Positions 29,440 to 38,860 are shown, counted from the first letter of the stretch. The stretch is 64,000 nt of DNA from an uncultured Christensenella sp. (GCA_910577845.1 CAJTNA010000003.1:72229-136228), one strand, 5' to 3'. Notes: generated by a model from the letters alone, not told the origin. Program-made: numbers and translations.

Positions 29440-29480
29440 AAACTGGCTATTGAGAGCTTTCTCAATAGCCAGTTTTGTGC
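29440..29480 (+). terminator. strong intrinsic terminator in the ABC-F upstream region
   Basis: AAACTGGCTATTGAG (29440-29454) pairs perfectly with CTCAATAGCCAGTTT (29461-29475), followed by a T-rich run (TTTTGTGCAGTTTGTTG). Confidence 0.7.
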
Positions 29481-29911
29481 AGTTTGTTGAAAATCGTATA
29501 CTTATTTTAAGACTAATACTTATCTTGCAAAATTTTATACGACATAAAAACTATGCGTTATTAGAAATGAATATAACATCTAGCATAAATTTTTACCATA
29601 GCTATTAATCTAATAGAGTTATGAAAATATTTACACTTAGTTCGTTTTGCTAAATCTAAAAGTTTATATATTACTTTTTTTATTTAGTTATACAAAATTG
29701 ACATCTTTAGTATAAATAATATACCTTAAAATGTTCCATATTAAAAATATATTTAGCTAATAATTTATAAATTAATTATGCATTTTATCTATCATTTTAA
29801 TGTTAATAGCTAACACTATGAGTGGCATAGAAAATGTTACAATTATTTATAGTAATCTACTCTTATCAATGTAGATTTATAATATATGAATTTTAAAAGT
29901 GAGGTGATTTT

Positions 29912-31378
29912 ATGTCATTAATCAACATACAAAATTTAACTTTTGCTTATGATTGCGGTACACAAGATATTTTTAAAGATGTAAGCTTTCAGATTGATAC
30001 AAACTGGAAGCTTGGACTTGTTGGCAGAAACGGTAGAGGTAAAACAACTTTTTTAAAGTTATTAATGAAAGAATTTGAATATCAAGGTACCATAAGTGGC
30101 ACAATGCAATTTACTTATTTCCCTTACCTTATCAAGGAGCAAAACAAACTTGTATGCAACATTATGGAGGAACTTTGCCCTACTGCAGAAGAATGGGAAA
30201 TTCTACGAGAATTTTCCTTTTTGCAACTTGACTATGACAATTATCAATCTACTTTTAGCACTTTATCTAATGGTGAAAAAACTAAAATTTTGCTAGCTGG
30301 ATTATTTTTAAATGAGAATAACTACTTACTAATTGATGAACCTACAAACCATTTAGATTCCCAAGGTAGAAAGGTATTGGCAAATTATCTAAGGAAAAAG
30401 AAAAGTTTCATTTTAGTATCTCACGATAGATACTTTCTTGATATGTGCACTGACCATATTTTATCAATTAACAAAAGCAATATAGAAGTTCAAAAAGGTA
30501 ACTTTTCTAGTTGGTTTAATAACTTTAATGCCACACAAGCATTTGAGGAAGCTCAAAATGAACAATTGAAAAAAGAAATTGCAAGGTTATCAAAAGCCAC
30601 AAAACGTACTAGCGAATGGGCAGACAAAGTTGAATCAAGCAAATATGGTAATGGTCCAGTTGATAGAGGTTTTATTGGTCATAAATCTGCAAAAATGATG
30701 AAGCGTGCAAAAGCAACTGAAAATAGACAATTAAAGTCAATTGAACAAAAATCTGAATTATTGCAAAATACAGAAAGAATGGAAGAACTAAAAATCACTT
30801 GCCTACCATATCATAATGACAAGTTAATAAACACTAATAATCTAAAAATATTTTATGACGGCAACAGCATATGTGAACATATTGAATTAACAATAAAACA
30901 AGGTGATAGATTGCTCCTAAATGGCAAAAATGGTTGTGGTAAAAGTAGCTTGTTAAAATTAATTGTAGGCGAAAATATTGAGTATAGTGGAAATATCACT
31001 ATACCTAACGATTTAAAAATTTCATATATCCCACAAAACGCAGATAATTTACGTGGTAGCTTAACAAATTTCTCGCTTGAAAACAATATCGACCAAGCAC
31101 TATTTAGAGCAATTTTAAATAAAATGGGCTTTGATACTAAAGAGCAAATTGAGGATATTGAAAAATTGTCTGAGGGACAAAAAAAGAAAATCTTACTTGC
31201 AAAAAGTTTATCTGAAAAAGCACATTTGTATGTCTGGGACGAGCCATTGAATTATTTAGATATTTTTACTCGTATGCAGATTGAAAACCTTTTAAAAAAT
31301 ACAGAATTAAGCATTGTTTTTGTTGAGCACGATATTGCTTTTGGTCAAAAAATTGCAAATAAAATTTACAATTTCTAA
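29912..31378 (+). CDS. ABC-F type ribosomal protection protein (ARE class; Lsa/Vga/CplR-like)
   Basis: 488-aa ORF with no TM domain. Two ABC cassettes (Walker A 'GRNGRGKTT' and 'GKNGCGKSS'; signatures 'LSNGEK' and 'LSEGQKKK'). The inter-domain linker 'DRGFIGHKSAKMMKRAKATENR' is typical of antibiotic-resistance ABC-F proteins. Confidence 0.85.
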   Translation: MSLINIQNLTFAYDCGTQDIFKDVSFQIDTNWKLGLVGRNGRGKTTFLKLLMKEFEYQGTISGTMQFTYFPYLIKEQNKLVCNIMEELCPTAEEWEILREFSFLQLDYDNYQSTFSTLSNGEKTKILLAGLFLNENNYLLIDEPTNHLDSQGRKVLANYLRKKKSFILVSHDRYFLDMCTDHILSINKSNIEVQKGNFSSWFNNFNATQAFEEAQNEQLKKEIARLSKATKRTSEWADKVESSKYGNGPVDRGFIGHKSAKMMKRAKATENRQLKSIEQKSELLQNTERMEELKITCLPYHNDKLINTNNLKIFYDGNSICEHIELTIKQGDRLLLNGKNGCGKSSLLKLIVGENIEYSGNITIPNDLKISYIPQNADNLRGSLTNFSLENNIDQALFRAILNKMGFDTKEQIEDIEKLSEGQKKKILLAKSLSEKAHLYVWDEPLNYLDIFTRMQIENLLKNTELSIVFVEHDIAFGQKIANKIYNF

Positions 31379-31475
31379 TTAAGCACTGAAATAAAATCAG
31401 TTAAAATCAAAAAAATTTTTTTAATCTTAAAAATATTTAGTAGCGGAATAAAAAATATTATTGAATAAGCACCCT

Positions 31476-31506
31476 AAGAAAATAAACACCCTAAGTTTAT
31501 TTTCTT
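31476..31506. terminator. hairpin between convergent ABC-F and ABM genes (bidirectional terminator candidate)
   Basis: AAGAAAATAAAC (31476-31487) pairs with GTTTATTTTCTT (31495-31506) across a 7-nt loop. The right arm overlaps the ABM stop codon. Confidence 0.5.
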
Positions 31507-31823
31507 ATAAATTTTTCATCTTTTTTGTCTGCTAAAATGCTTTGATAATTTTCAACTTTCATATGCAAATCATATTTATCTCTTAAAAAAGATATCTTTT
31601 CCATTAATGGTGATGAATGGTGATTGTCTAGTGCTTCTCTACTAGTCCAACTATCAATTAGCAAAACACTTTCCTCGTCATTTATTGGTAAGTAATACTC
31701 ATATTTCAGATTTCCATTTTCTTTTCGTATTTCGTCAACAATACCAGAAGTTATCATTTCATTTATAAACTTTTTAGCATTTCCATTTTTTCCTGTATAG
31801 TAAATATTTATAGTTAAACTCAT
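31497..31823 (-). CDS. antibiotic-biosynthesis-monooxygenase (ABM) domain protein
   Basis: ~108-aa ORF. 'LLIDSWTSREALDNHHSSPLM' matches the ABM/quinol monooxygenase-like fold signature. I prefer the ATG at 31823 (RBS AGAGAGG) over the TTG at 31829. Confidence 0.7.
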   Translation of the reverse strand: MSLTINIYYTGKNGNAKKFINEMITSGIVDEIRKENGNLKYEYYLPINDEESVLLIDSWTSREALDNHHSSPLMEKISFLRDKYDLHMKVENYQSILADKKDEKFIRK

Positions 31824-32095
31824 AAACAAACCTCTCTAATATTATCTATATTTTATCATAATTAAAAAAATTAATCAACTCCTAAAATTAATACAAGTAA
31901 CAAATTGCAATTATGATAATATTGTGATTTAGGCATTATAAAATTTTACAAAACCATCAAAAAATCGAGGTTAAATTTATATTTTAATAATTTTTAGGGC
32001 AAGTAACAGCTTTAAAATTATAAATTTCCGTTGAATAAAATCTTCACACATAAAAATTTTTATGCATAGTATGTACAAAAATGGAGGATATAATA

Positions 32096-33160
32096 ATGGC
32101 TTTTGCTGGAAATTATACTATAGGTGCAAATGATGAACACGGCATACAACCAGTTACTCCTGGTAAGAGAACACCAATAATGCCTTACATAAATAGAAGT
32201 TTTTATGAAAATGAATTTAATCGTCCCGCAAAATTGTATTTTCTGATTGCTTGTTTACGAACTGGCTTTAACATTTTTGATGTTAAACCAGAGCTTTCAG
32301 ATGTTTCAATCAATCAGCGTGTTGTTAGAGCAAACAGACAAAATTTAACTTGTTTGGTTACATATGCTTACAATGCAATTGGTAACGATTTATCTTTTAA
32401 CTCCACTAATGGACATTTAGTTTTTTATTCAAATGAAAACCGATTTACTCAACCAAGCAAATTACTTGCGTATGATATATCAAGTGGCTTAAGTGAAGAA
32501 ATTGACACTAAAAATTTAGGCATTGGCACTCTATACGGCATAGGAATGCTAAGAAACATTAACTGCCCTGCTGTTGTTGCAGAATGTGGATTTATGACTA
32601 ATTTTGAGGAAGCAAAATTAATGATGGACCCTGACTTCCAAAGAGATTGTGGTGATGGCGGTGCAATTGGAGTAAGCAATAATTTAGATGTTGAATACAT
32701 TGCGAATATTGATTACACTCAAATGTCTACAATTAGATATGGCAACAGAGGAAATGTCGTAAAATTTTTGCAATGTTACTTAAATTTATATGGTAATGCC
32801 CTAACTATTGATGGTATATTTGGTAGTGGCACTCAAAATGCAGTATACAAATTTCAACAACAAAACAATTTAGCTGTTGATGGTATTGTTGGCAGAAATA
32901 CTTGGAGAACTTTAATGATGCAAGATAGCAAGTTACCATTGTTAAGGTCTGGCAGTCGTGGTGTATATGTACGTTACTTACAACAAAAGTTGGTTGCAAA
33001 ACTATACCCTGCTGGAACTGCAGACGGAATATTTGGCAATAATACTCTTAATGCAGTGAAACAATTCCAAGAAGAAAACGGACTTGCGGTTGATGGTATA
33101 GTTGGGCCACTAACTTGGGCAAAATTAACTCCTATTGGCGGTGGAAGAACTCAATCATAA
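32096..33160 (+). CDS. N-acetylmuramoyl-L-alanine amidase-like domain fused to two PG_binding_1 peptidoglycan-binding repeats
   Basis: 'NCPAVVAECGFMTNFEEAKLM' is an Amidase_3-type motif. Two repeats follow: 'DGIFGSGTQNAVYKFQQQNNLAVDGIVGRNTWRTL' and 'DGIFGNNTLNAVKQFQEENGLAVDGIVGPLTWAKL'. I prefer the start at 32096 (GGAGGA 7 nt upstream). Confidence 0.75.
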   Translation: MAFAGNYTIGANDEHGIQPVTPGKRTPIMPYINRSFYENEFNRPAKLYFLIACLRTGFNIFDVKPELSDVSINQRVVRANRQNLTCLVTYAYNAIGNDLSFNSTNGHLVFYSNENRFTQPSKLLAYDISSGLSEEIDTKNLGIGTLYGIGMLRNINCPAVVAECGFMTNFEEAKLMMDPDFQRDCGDGGAIGVSNNLDVEYIANIDYTQMSTIRYGNRGNVVKFLQCYLNLYGNALTIDGIFGSGTQNAVYKFQQQNNLAVDGIVGRNTWRTLMMQDSKLPLLRSGSRGVYVRYLQQKLVAKLYPAGTADGIFGNNTLNAVKQFQEENGLAVDGIVGPLTWAKLTPIGGGRTQS

Positions 33161-33231
33161 TTTAAGCTATTTAGCGAATTAACATTACATATTTTACATA
33201 ATACTTTTTTAATTAAACATAGTAGTCCAAT

Positions 33232-33272
33232 AAACAGCAAGGCAAATTTATCATTTCACCTTGCTGTTTTAA
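33232..33272. terminator. bidirectional terminator between the amidase gene and the convergent small membrane protein gene
   Basis: AAACAGCAAGG (33232-33242) pairs with CCTTGCTGTTT (33259-33269), followed by T residues. Confidence 0.6.
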
Positions 33273-33359
33273 TGCTATTTAATTTTTTAATTCTGTCCAT
33301 ATAAATTATAATATAAAGAATTACAATATTTAAAATTTTTTATATTAATATAAATTGTT

Positions 33360-33791
33360 TTACTTAATTAATTTTATTTTACCTAGTAATGGCAATTCCT
33401 TTTCTTGGTCAGTTACAACATATACAATTCCAATAATTCCCAACACAAATATAAATAAAGAATACAAGCCAATAAAAATACTAAAGAACCATAAAAAGCC
33501 AGAAACAATACCCAATACAACATTACCCACTAGTGAAAATAATAGCAACACTAATCCCTCATTTGCGTGACGTATTGCCCTTGAATCATCTTTATAAAGC
33601 AATAATGGAACAAAAAATAAAATTCCAAACAAGTAACATAATGAAAATAAAATTTTTTTAGTCACTTCGTCATCAGAATTTATATTTACACTTTTGTTTT
33701 TGTTATTCTCTTTTTCATTAACAATTTCAACCTCAACCTCGGAAGCTTTGTTACATTCAGTCTCTTCAGTATTAAACTCTTTTTCGCTCAT
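33360..33791 (-). CDS. small membrane protein (DUF4870-like) with acidic N-terminus
   Basis: ~143-aa ORF. 'LCYLFGILFFVPLLLYKDDSRAIRHANEGLVLLLF' resembles DUF4870-type proteins and there are 3 TM spans. I prefer the ATG at 33791 (RBS GAGGTG) over the GTG at 33800. Confidence 0.6.
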   Translation of the reverse strand: MSEKEFNTEETECNKASEVEVEIVNEKENNKNKSVNINSDDEVTKKILFSLCYLFGILFFVPLLLYKDDSRAIRHANEGLVLLLFSLVGNVVLGIVSGFLWFFSIFIGLYSLFIFVLGIIGIVYVVTDQEKELPLLGKIKLIK

Positions 33792-34013
33792 TAAATTCAC
33801 CTCAATAATTTTAAGTCTAAATATGCATTAAGCAAACTCATCTTTGTATTTTTATTATACGCACAAATTCCAAATTTGTCAATTAAGTATATTAGTTTAT
33901 TGCAACTATTACACACTTAGTCAAAAACTTACTTAGATTTTTTAGCAAAGATAAATTTTTGGTAAATTATTCTATTAATATTAAATTTAATATTTAAAAC
34001 TGCATTAGCTTTC

Positions 34014-34042
34014 TTGACAATTTGTTCATATTATATTATACT
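34014..34042 (+). promoter_or_regulatory. consensus-like sigma-70 promoter of the M60-like protease gene
   Basis: TTGACA (34014-34019), 17-nt spacer, TATACT (34037-34042). Confidence 0.6.
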
Positions 34043-34099
34043 TGTGATGTATAATTATTTATATATAAATAACAAAAATTTTTAATTGGGAGATTTAAA

Positions 34100-37000
34100 A
34101 TGGCAGAAAAAAATTCCAAAACAAAAAATGCTGAAAGTACACCTAAAGCTACTGGAACTAAAACTACCACTAGCAAAGATACTACAGCCAAAAAAGCGGA
34201 ATCAAGTGCAAAAGCAACTACTTCCGCAAAATCTACGACTGCTAAAGCAAGTGCAACAAAAGCTGAAAGCACTAAGGCAACAAGTAGTAAGGCTACTGCC
34301 GAAAAAGCTGAAACTAAAAAGACTGCTACGGCAGAAAAAACAACTAGTAACAGCAAAGTTACTAATGTAAGCAAAACTACTACAGCTAATAAGTCTACCA
34401 AAGCAACTACTGCAACTACTAAAGCTGTGACTAAGGCTACAGCAACTAAGGAAACTGCAAAGGTTGCAAGTAGCACAAAATCTTCAATTGCAAAAGAGAA
34501 TAAAGCTGAAACAAAAGATATTGACAATGTAGCAACTAAAAATTCTAGTGCAAATAAGAAAGAACCAAAGTCTGCAAACACTAAGGTTGAAGCTAAAGCT
34601 ACTGAAAACAAAACAGCAACAAAAACCAGTGCAAAAACAAGCAATAAAGTTGATAGCAAAGCCGATACTAATGTAACTAGCAAATCAAGTACGAAAAGTA
34701 ATACAAAAGCTGACTTAAAGACTGCGGAACAACCTAAAGCAACAACTGCTAAGGTTGAGCAAAAAAATACAGCAAAAGCTGAAAATAAGGCTGTTGCAAA
34801 TAAGGCAACTACTAACTCAGCAGATACTAAAACTACAAAGAAAATAGCTGATAAAGCTCAGACTAAAGAAGCTGAAAATAGTTCTGCTAAAGAGGAAATA
34901 GTTGCAAGCAAGGCTGAGGATAATAAGGCTGAAAAGTCAAAATTTGATTTTTCTGCTATGTTTGCTTTTGGCAAAAAAAATAATACTGAAAATAATGCAG
35001 AAACAAATGTAAAAAAACCTAAGGCTAATAACAATAATAAGCAAGATAATCAAAAGGTATCGTTTAAAGATAAAATGGTGGCTATGGCTGCTGGCAAAAA
35101 CAAACAAGAAAATACAAGCACAGCAACTAAAGCAGTTTCTAATTCAAACGGACAAGGCAAAACTACTTTTGTTGATTTCTTTAAAGGCAATAAAATTCGT
35201 CTTTTTGCGATAATTGCTTTGGCATTGTTCTTAATGTTCATATTTATTTTAAGTATATCTTTGGGCGTGGTTAATGCAAACAAAAACAAATTACCAAGCA
35301 ATTCAAGCCAAAGCATTAAGAGTGATAGCATTACTACTGGCTCTACATATGACTATGAATACCGCACTACTGCTACTGCCGGTTATAATGCTGAAATACT
35401 TGGCTATGTTGACAGAAAAATCCCTACTGAAGTATCATATGAAAGTGCTTCAGGATTAGCAGAAAAATACTATCCTAAATATGGTCATACACCTCAAGGT
35501 ATGAGTGATGCTTCGCTAAGACAAAAACTTGTTAATGAAGCTATTAAACTATGTACAATTAATACAAGAATAGGTAGCGATGGTTATCCTCCAAATACTT
35601 ATGACAAAATGGATAAAGATGGTAATCTATATCTAAATGGACAACGTGTTACTGGTAGTCCTAATAAGCTTTATAAACACATTAGCTCTGTAGGTATGTA
35701 TTATGGTGATATATCAAATGATGAAAAAGCCGTAATCAAAAAAATGACTTTTAATCCTCGTTCATTCCATACTCAAGAAATGTATAATGTAACAGGCTTA
35801 TATGCTCCTGCAGGCGAAGTAATAAAAGTTGAAATAAGCAAAGAGGATATGGAGCGAACTGGTGGCGTTTTGATACACATAGGTCAGGCTCTTTACAATA
35901 GAAAGGCAAATAACATTTGGGTAGCAAAAGGTCAAATGCAAAGATTCCCAGTAATATTAAACTCAATGATGATAACAAAGAATACTGCTGAATATATTGC
36001 AGAAAAAGATGTTTATGTTGGATACATTGGTTCCTTCCTAGGTGGTCCAATTTATGTAACAAATTCAAATGCAAGTCTTCATCGCATAACCACAAGCTTT
36101 AGTATGACTATTTCTGGTGGTGTAACTTATTCTCACTTTATCTTAGGTCACACTACACCAGAGGAATTTGATGCAAATAAAGACTCTACTGTACCTTATT
36201 TTGATTTAGAAGTTTGGGATAATGGTGTATTACACTCTGGTCCAAAGATGTATGCTCAAAACTACTCTTATGACGATTTATACAAAGTTGCAGTTTTATG
36301 GGATAAAATTACATCAGTTACTACATATGGCTATAATCAAAATATAGTATTTTTATATGACCCGTTTGTTGCTGCAGGTGCTGCGGTAGCTTTTCCAACT
36401 CAAGGTGCAGTAAACTGCCCTGGTAGCTGGATGGCGAACGCCTTAAACTATGAAGGTTTACGTAAATCTGGTGGTTGGGGTAATCTGCACGAATATCACC
36501 ACAATTTCCAAGGCTATGGTGTTGGAGCTGGCGGTGAGGTAACTAACAATGCACTTACTCTTGTATCATATGCCCTATTTACACAAATATCTTCCTCAAG
36601 ACAGATGGGTAACTTTGGTGCAACAGGTCTTGGCGGTTGGAATAGATATACAGTAGCAACTTGGGCTTTGGAACAAGTTAAACGTATTCAAAATCCTAAC
36701 CAAAACCCAGAAAATGGTAATAAAGGTTTATCTTTGTATGCTACCCTACTACATAATTTTGGTCCAGACGCATTTATGCAAGTTAGAAAATTGGGGGGCG
36801 GTCAATCTTACCAAAACTACTTTAAAAAGTGGGAACAAGTTACTCACTATAATATGACATACTACTTCTCTGAGATGTTAAGAGCAAACGAAGTTCAACC
36901 AGGAACGATTACTGATGAATGGTTGAAAGCAAACTCTAATCCGAATTATCCAATGTTTGTACCAGTTTCAAGCGTATATCAAACTGGACGTGGCTATAAC

Positions 37001-38860
37001 TATGATAACGTAAATAAGTTCAATAAAACAATGCAACCATATGTAATAGCTTACGGACAAGATTTTACAATTGACCTATCACCTTATACACTTTTAGCAG
37101 ATGGAAACCATAAATCAGGCAGTATAGTTTTACCAGAAGGTTTCTCATACAAAGTTAAAAGTATTACTCAACCGGAAAACGGCGTTATAACAAGAATAGG
37201 TAATGACAACTATCTTTATAACTTATCACCTAACGATAAATTAATGACTGGTGAGATTTATGTTACATTAGAAATAACAAAAGATGATAACGCATTTGTC
37301 GTTGAAGATGTTGATTTGATATTGGAGTTTGAGCAATCACACGAACTAACTGGTAGAATGTTGGAGCGTACTACATATAATTTTGATGGTGAAACAAAAT
37401 ATACCAGTGCTTATGAAGCATTTACGAAAGGATATGCTGGCAATACTGGTGTTATTAAAGGTGACAATAAAAACCCTACACAAAACTCTAATACAGATAT
37501 TTGGATGACTGCTGACCAAGCTAAAGAGGCTAATAGTCACAATAGCGTAATGGAAGTTAAAGGCAAATTCCTAATTTCTGAATCGGGCAAATACCGATTC
37601 CAGATACGAGGACGGTATAATGTAGCTTTGTTCCTTGCAGTGAACGAAATACCAGAAAAAAATAGTGACTTTAAACATTATTGTGAATATACGAACAATA
37701 GTGGCGGAAGTGCTAATTTCCCGACCGAAAATAATGAGCAAGTGGAAGGGACTTATATCGAACTTGACTTAAAATATGGTGACTGGGTATATCTAAGAGC
37801 TGTAATGGTATCTATAACAACATCAAAACAACGAACAAGCTTTATTGGTGTTGGTATGGGTAAAGTACCTGACCCAATGCCTCAAGTTGATGATAACGGA
37901 AATCCGTTACTTGACTCTGATGGAAACCCATTACCAGATATTCAAAACCCAACAACAATAAGCTATGCAACTGCATATAGAGAAAGTTATCAACCTGCTG
38001 AAAATCACTTTAACCCAGAATACTACTACACCAAAAATCTTGTTTATAGTTATAAAGAAACTAACCAACAAGTTATTGACACAAAGCAAACTATAGTTGA
38101 AACAAATTATAAACCACACAATGCTAATTCAAATAAAATAGAGAATTTGGTTGATGGAGACAAAAACACATATATATTTACAACAAATAATAGTTTCTCT
38201 GAAACAAATCCATTATATTTTGTTGCTAAGTTTGACCAACCTATTACAGCTAGTGTATTTACTATACATTTAAGAAAAAGTACTAATGGTCATCAAAGAC
38301 CAAAAAAATTAAAATTATACATCAGTTCAAATGGGACTGATTGGGATTTAATTGTAAATACACGAGCAAGTGATAATCTGCCTCAATCACTACAGCAATT
38401 TGAATTTAATAAACTTTACACATTCCAATATTATAAACTGGCAATAGAATCTTCTTTTAATAATTATGATATTTTTATTACTGAACTGGAATTTACTTAC
38501 AAATTCTTGCTAAATAATGGTACTCAATTAGCACTAGGAGATAAAGATTTAAAACTTACTGGTAGTTGGGATATTCAAAATGTAATTTCAAAATTCGGTC
38601 GTGTTTATGTTGGTAAAACTAATTCCGCAATACAATTTGAATTTACTGGTAACAGATTATTGTTACTATCTGTGTTGGAAAATAATAATTTTGAAGTTTA
38701 TATTGATGGTAAAAAAGTTAACTCAATGGACTTTGAAAAAACAGACACAGCATATAAACCAAGTTACATTTCACCTGAACTAGAAATAAAAACGCATAGC
38801 GTAATTATCAAATGTTTAGGAGAATCAAACTTTGAATCTATAGTTATATATAAGTCATAA
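34100..38860 (+). CDS. giant type-II membrane-anchored M60-like (enhancin/mucinase-type) zinc metalloprotease with PA14, F5/8 type C (CBM32-like) and C-terminal beta-sandwich domains
   Basis: 1586-aa ORF. Aa 1-~345 is K/T/A/S/N low complexity. One TM span lies at aa ~367-391 (35198-35272). The gluzincin motif 'HEYHHNFQGYGVGAGGE' (HEYHH at 36488-36502) fits M60-like HExxH...E. It also has a PA14-like 'GKYRFQIRGRYNVALFL' and a discoidin-like 'IENLVDGDKNTYIFT...LKLYISSNGTDWDL'. Confidence 0.85.
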   Translation: MAEKNSKTKNAESTPKATGTKTTTSKDTTAKKAESSAKATTSAKSTTAKASATKAESTKATSSKATAEKAETKKTATAEKTTSNSKVTNVSKTTTANKSTKATTATTKAVTKATATKETAKVASSTKSSIAKENKAETKDIDNVATKNSSANKKEPKSANTKVEAKATENKTATKTSAKTSNKVDSKADTNVTSKSSTKSNTKADLKTAEQPKATTAKVEQKNTAKAENKAVANKATTNSADTKTTKKIADKAQTKEAENSSAKEEIVASKAEDNKAEKSKFDFSAMFAFGKKNNTENNAETNVKKPKANNNNKQDNQKVSFKDKMVAMAAGKNKQENTSTATKAVSNSNGQGKTTFVDFFKGNKIRLFAIIALALFLMFIFILSISLGVVNANKNKLPSNSSQSIKSDSITTGSTYDYEYRTTATAGYNAEILGYVDRKIPTEVSYESASGLAEKYYPKYGHTPQGMSDASLRQKLVNEAIKLCTINTRIGSDGYPPNTYDKMDKDGNLYLNGQRVTGSPNKLYKHISSVGMYYGDISNDEKAVIKKMTFNPRSFHTQEMYNVTGLYAPAGEVIKVEISKEDMERTGGVLIHIGQALYNRKANNIWVAKGQMQRFPVILNSMMITKNTAEYIAEKDVYVGYIGSFLGGPIYVTNSNASLHRITTSFSMTISGGVTYSHFILGHTTPEEFDANKDSTVPYFDLEVWDNGVLHSGPKMYAQNYSYDDLYKVAVLWDKITSVTTYGYNQNIVFLYDPFVAAGAAVAFPTQGAVNCPGSWMANALNYEGLRKSGGWGNLHEYHHNFQGYGVGAGGEVTNNALTLVSYALFTQISSSRQMGNFGATGLGGWNRYTVATWALEQVKRIQNPNQNPENGNKGLSLYATLLHNFGPDAFMQVRKLGGGQSYQNYFKKWEQVTHYNMTYYFSEMLRANEVQPGTITDEWLKANSNPNYPMFVPVSSVYQTGRGYNYDNVNKFNKTMQPYVIAYGQDFTIDLSPYTLLADGNHKSGSIVLPEGFSYKVKSITQPENGVITRIGNDNYLYNLSPNDKLMTGEIYVTLEITKDDNAFVVEDVDLILEFEQSHELTGRMLERTTYNFDGETKYTSAYEAFTKGYAGNTGVIKGDNKNPTQNSNTDIWMTADQAKEANSHNSVMEVKGKFLISESGKYRFQIRGRYNVALFLAVNEIPEKNSDFKHYCEYTNNSGGSANFPTENNEQVEGTYIELDLKYGDWVYLRAVMVSITTSKQRTSFIGVGMGKVPDPMPQVDDNGNPLLDSDGNPLPDIQNPTTISYATAYRESYQPAENHFNPEYYYTKNLVYSYKETNQQVIDTKQTIVETNYKPHNANSNKIENLVDGDKNTYIFTTNNSFSETNPLYFVAKFDQPITASVFTIHLRKSTNGHQRPKKLKLYISSNGTDWDLIVNTRASDNLPQSLQQFEFNKLYTFQYYKLAIESSFNNYDIFITELEFTYKFLLNNGTQLALGDKDLKLTGSWDIQNVISKFGRVYVGKTNSAIQFEFTGNRLLLLSVLENNNFEVYIDGKKVNSMDFEKTDTAYKPSYISPELEIKTHSVIIKCLGESNFESIVIYKS

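Noticed and set aside
32096-33800. Considered whether the PG_binding_1 amidase plus the small membrane protein represent a prophage lysis (endolysin/holin) cassette.
   Set aside because: The two genes are convergent rather than co-oriented. No other phage genes (terminase, capsid, tail, repressor) occur anywhere in the window. The small protein looks DUF4870-like rather than holin-like.
34036-34683. 215-aa minus-strand ORF (very hydrophobic, A/L/V/F-rich), and the overlapping 94-aa plus-strand ORF 34086..34370.
   Set aside because: Both lie antisense to or out of frame with the Lys/Thr/Ala-rich repeat region of the M60-like protease gene. The AAA/ACT/GCT-rich coding repeats read on the opposite strand give stop-free V/L/A/F strings. 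Neither has an RBS, and they are compositional artefacts.
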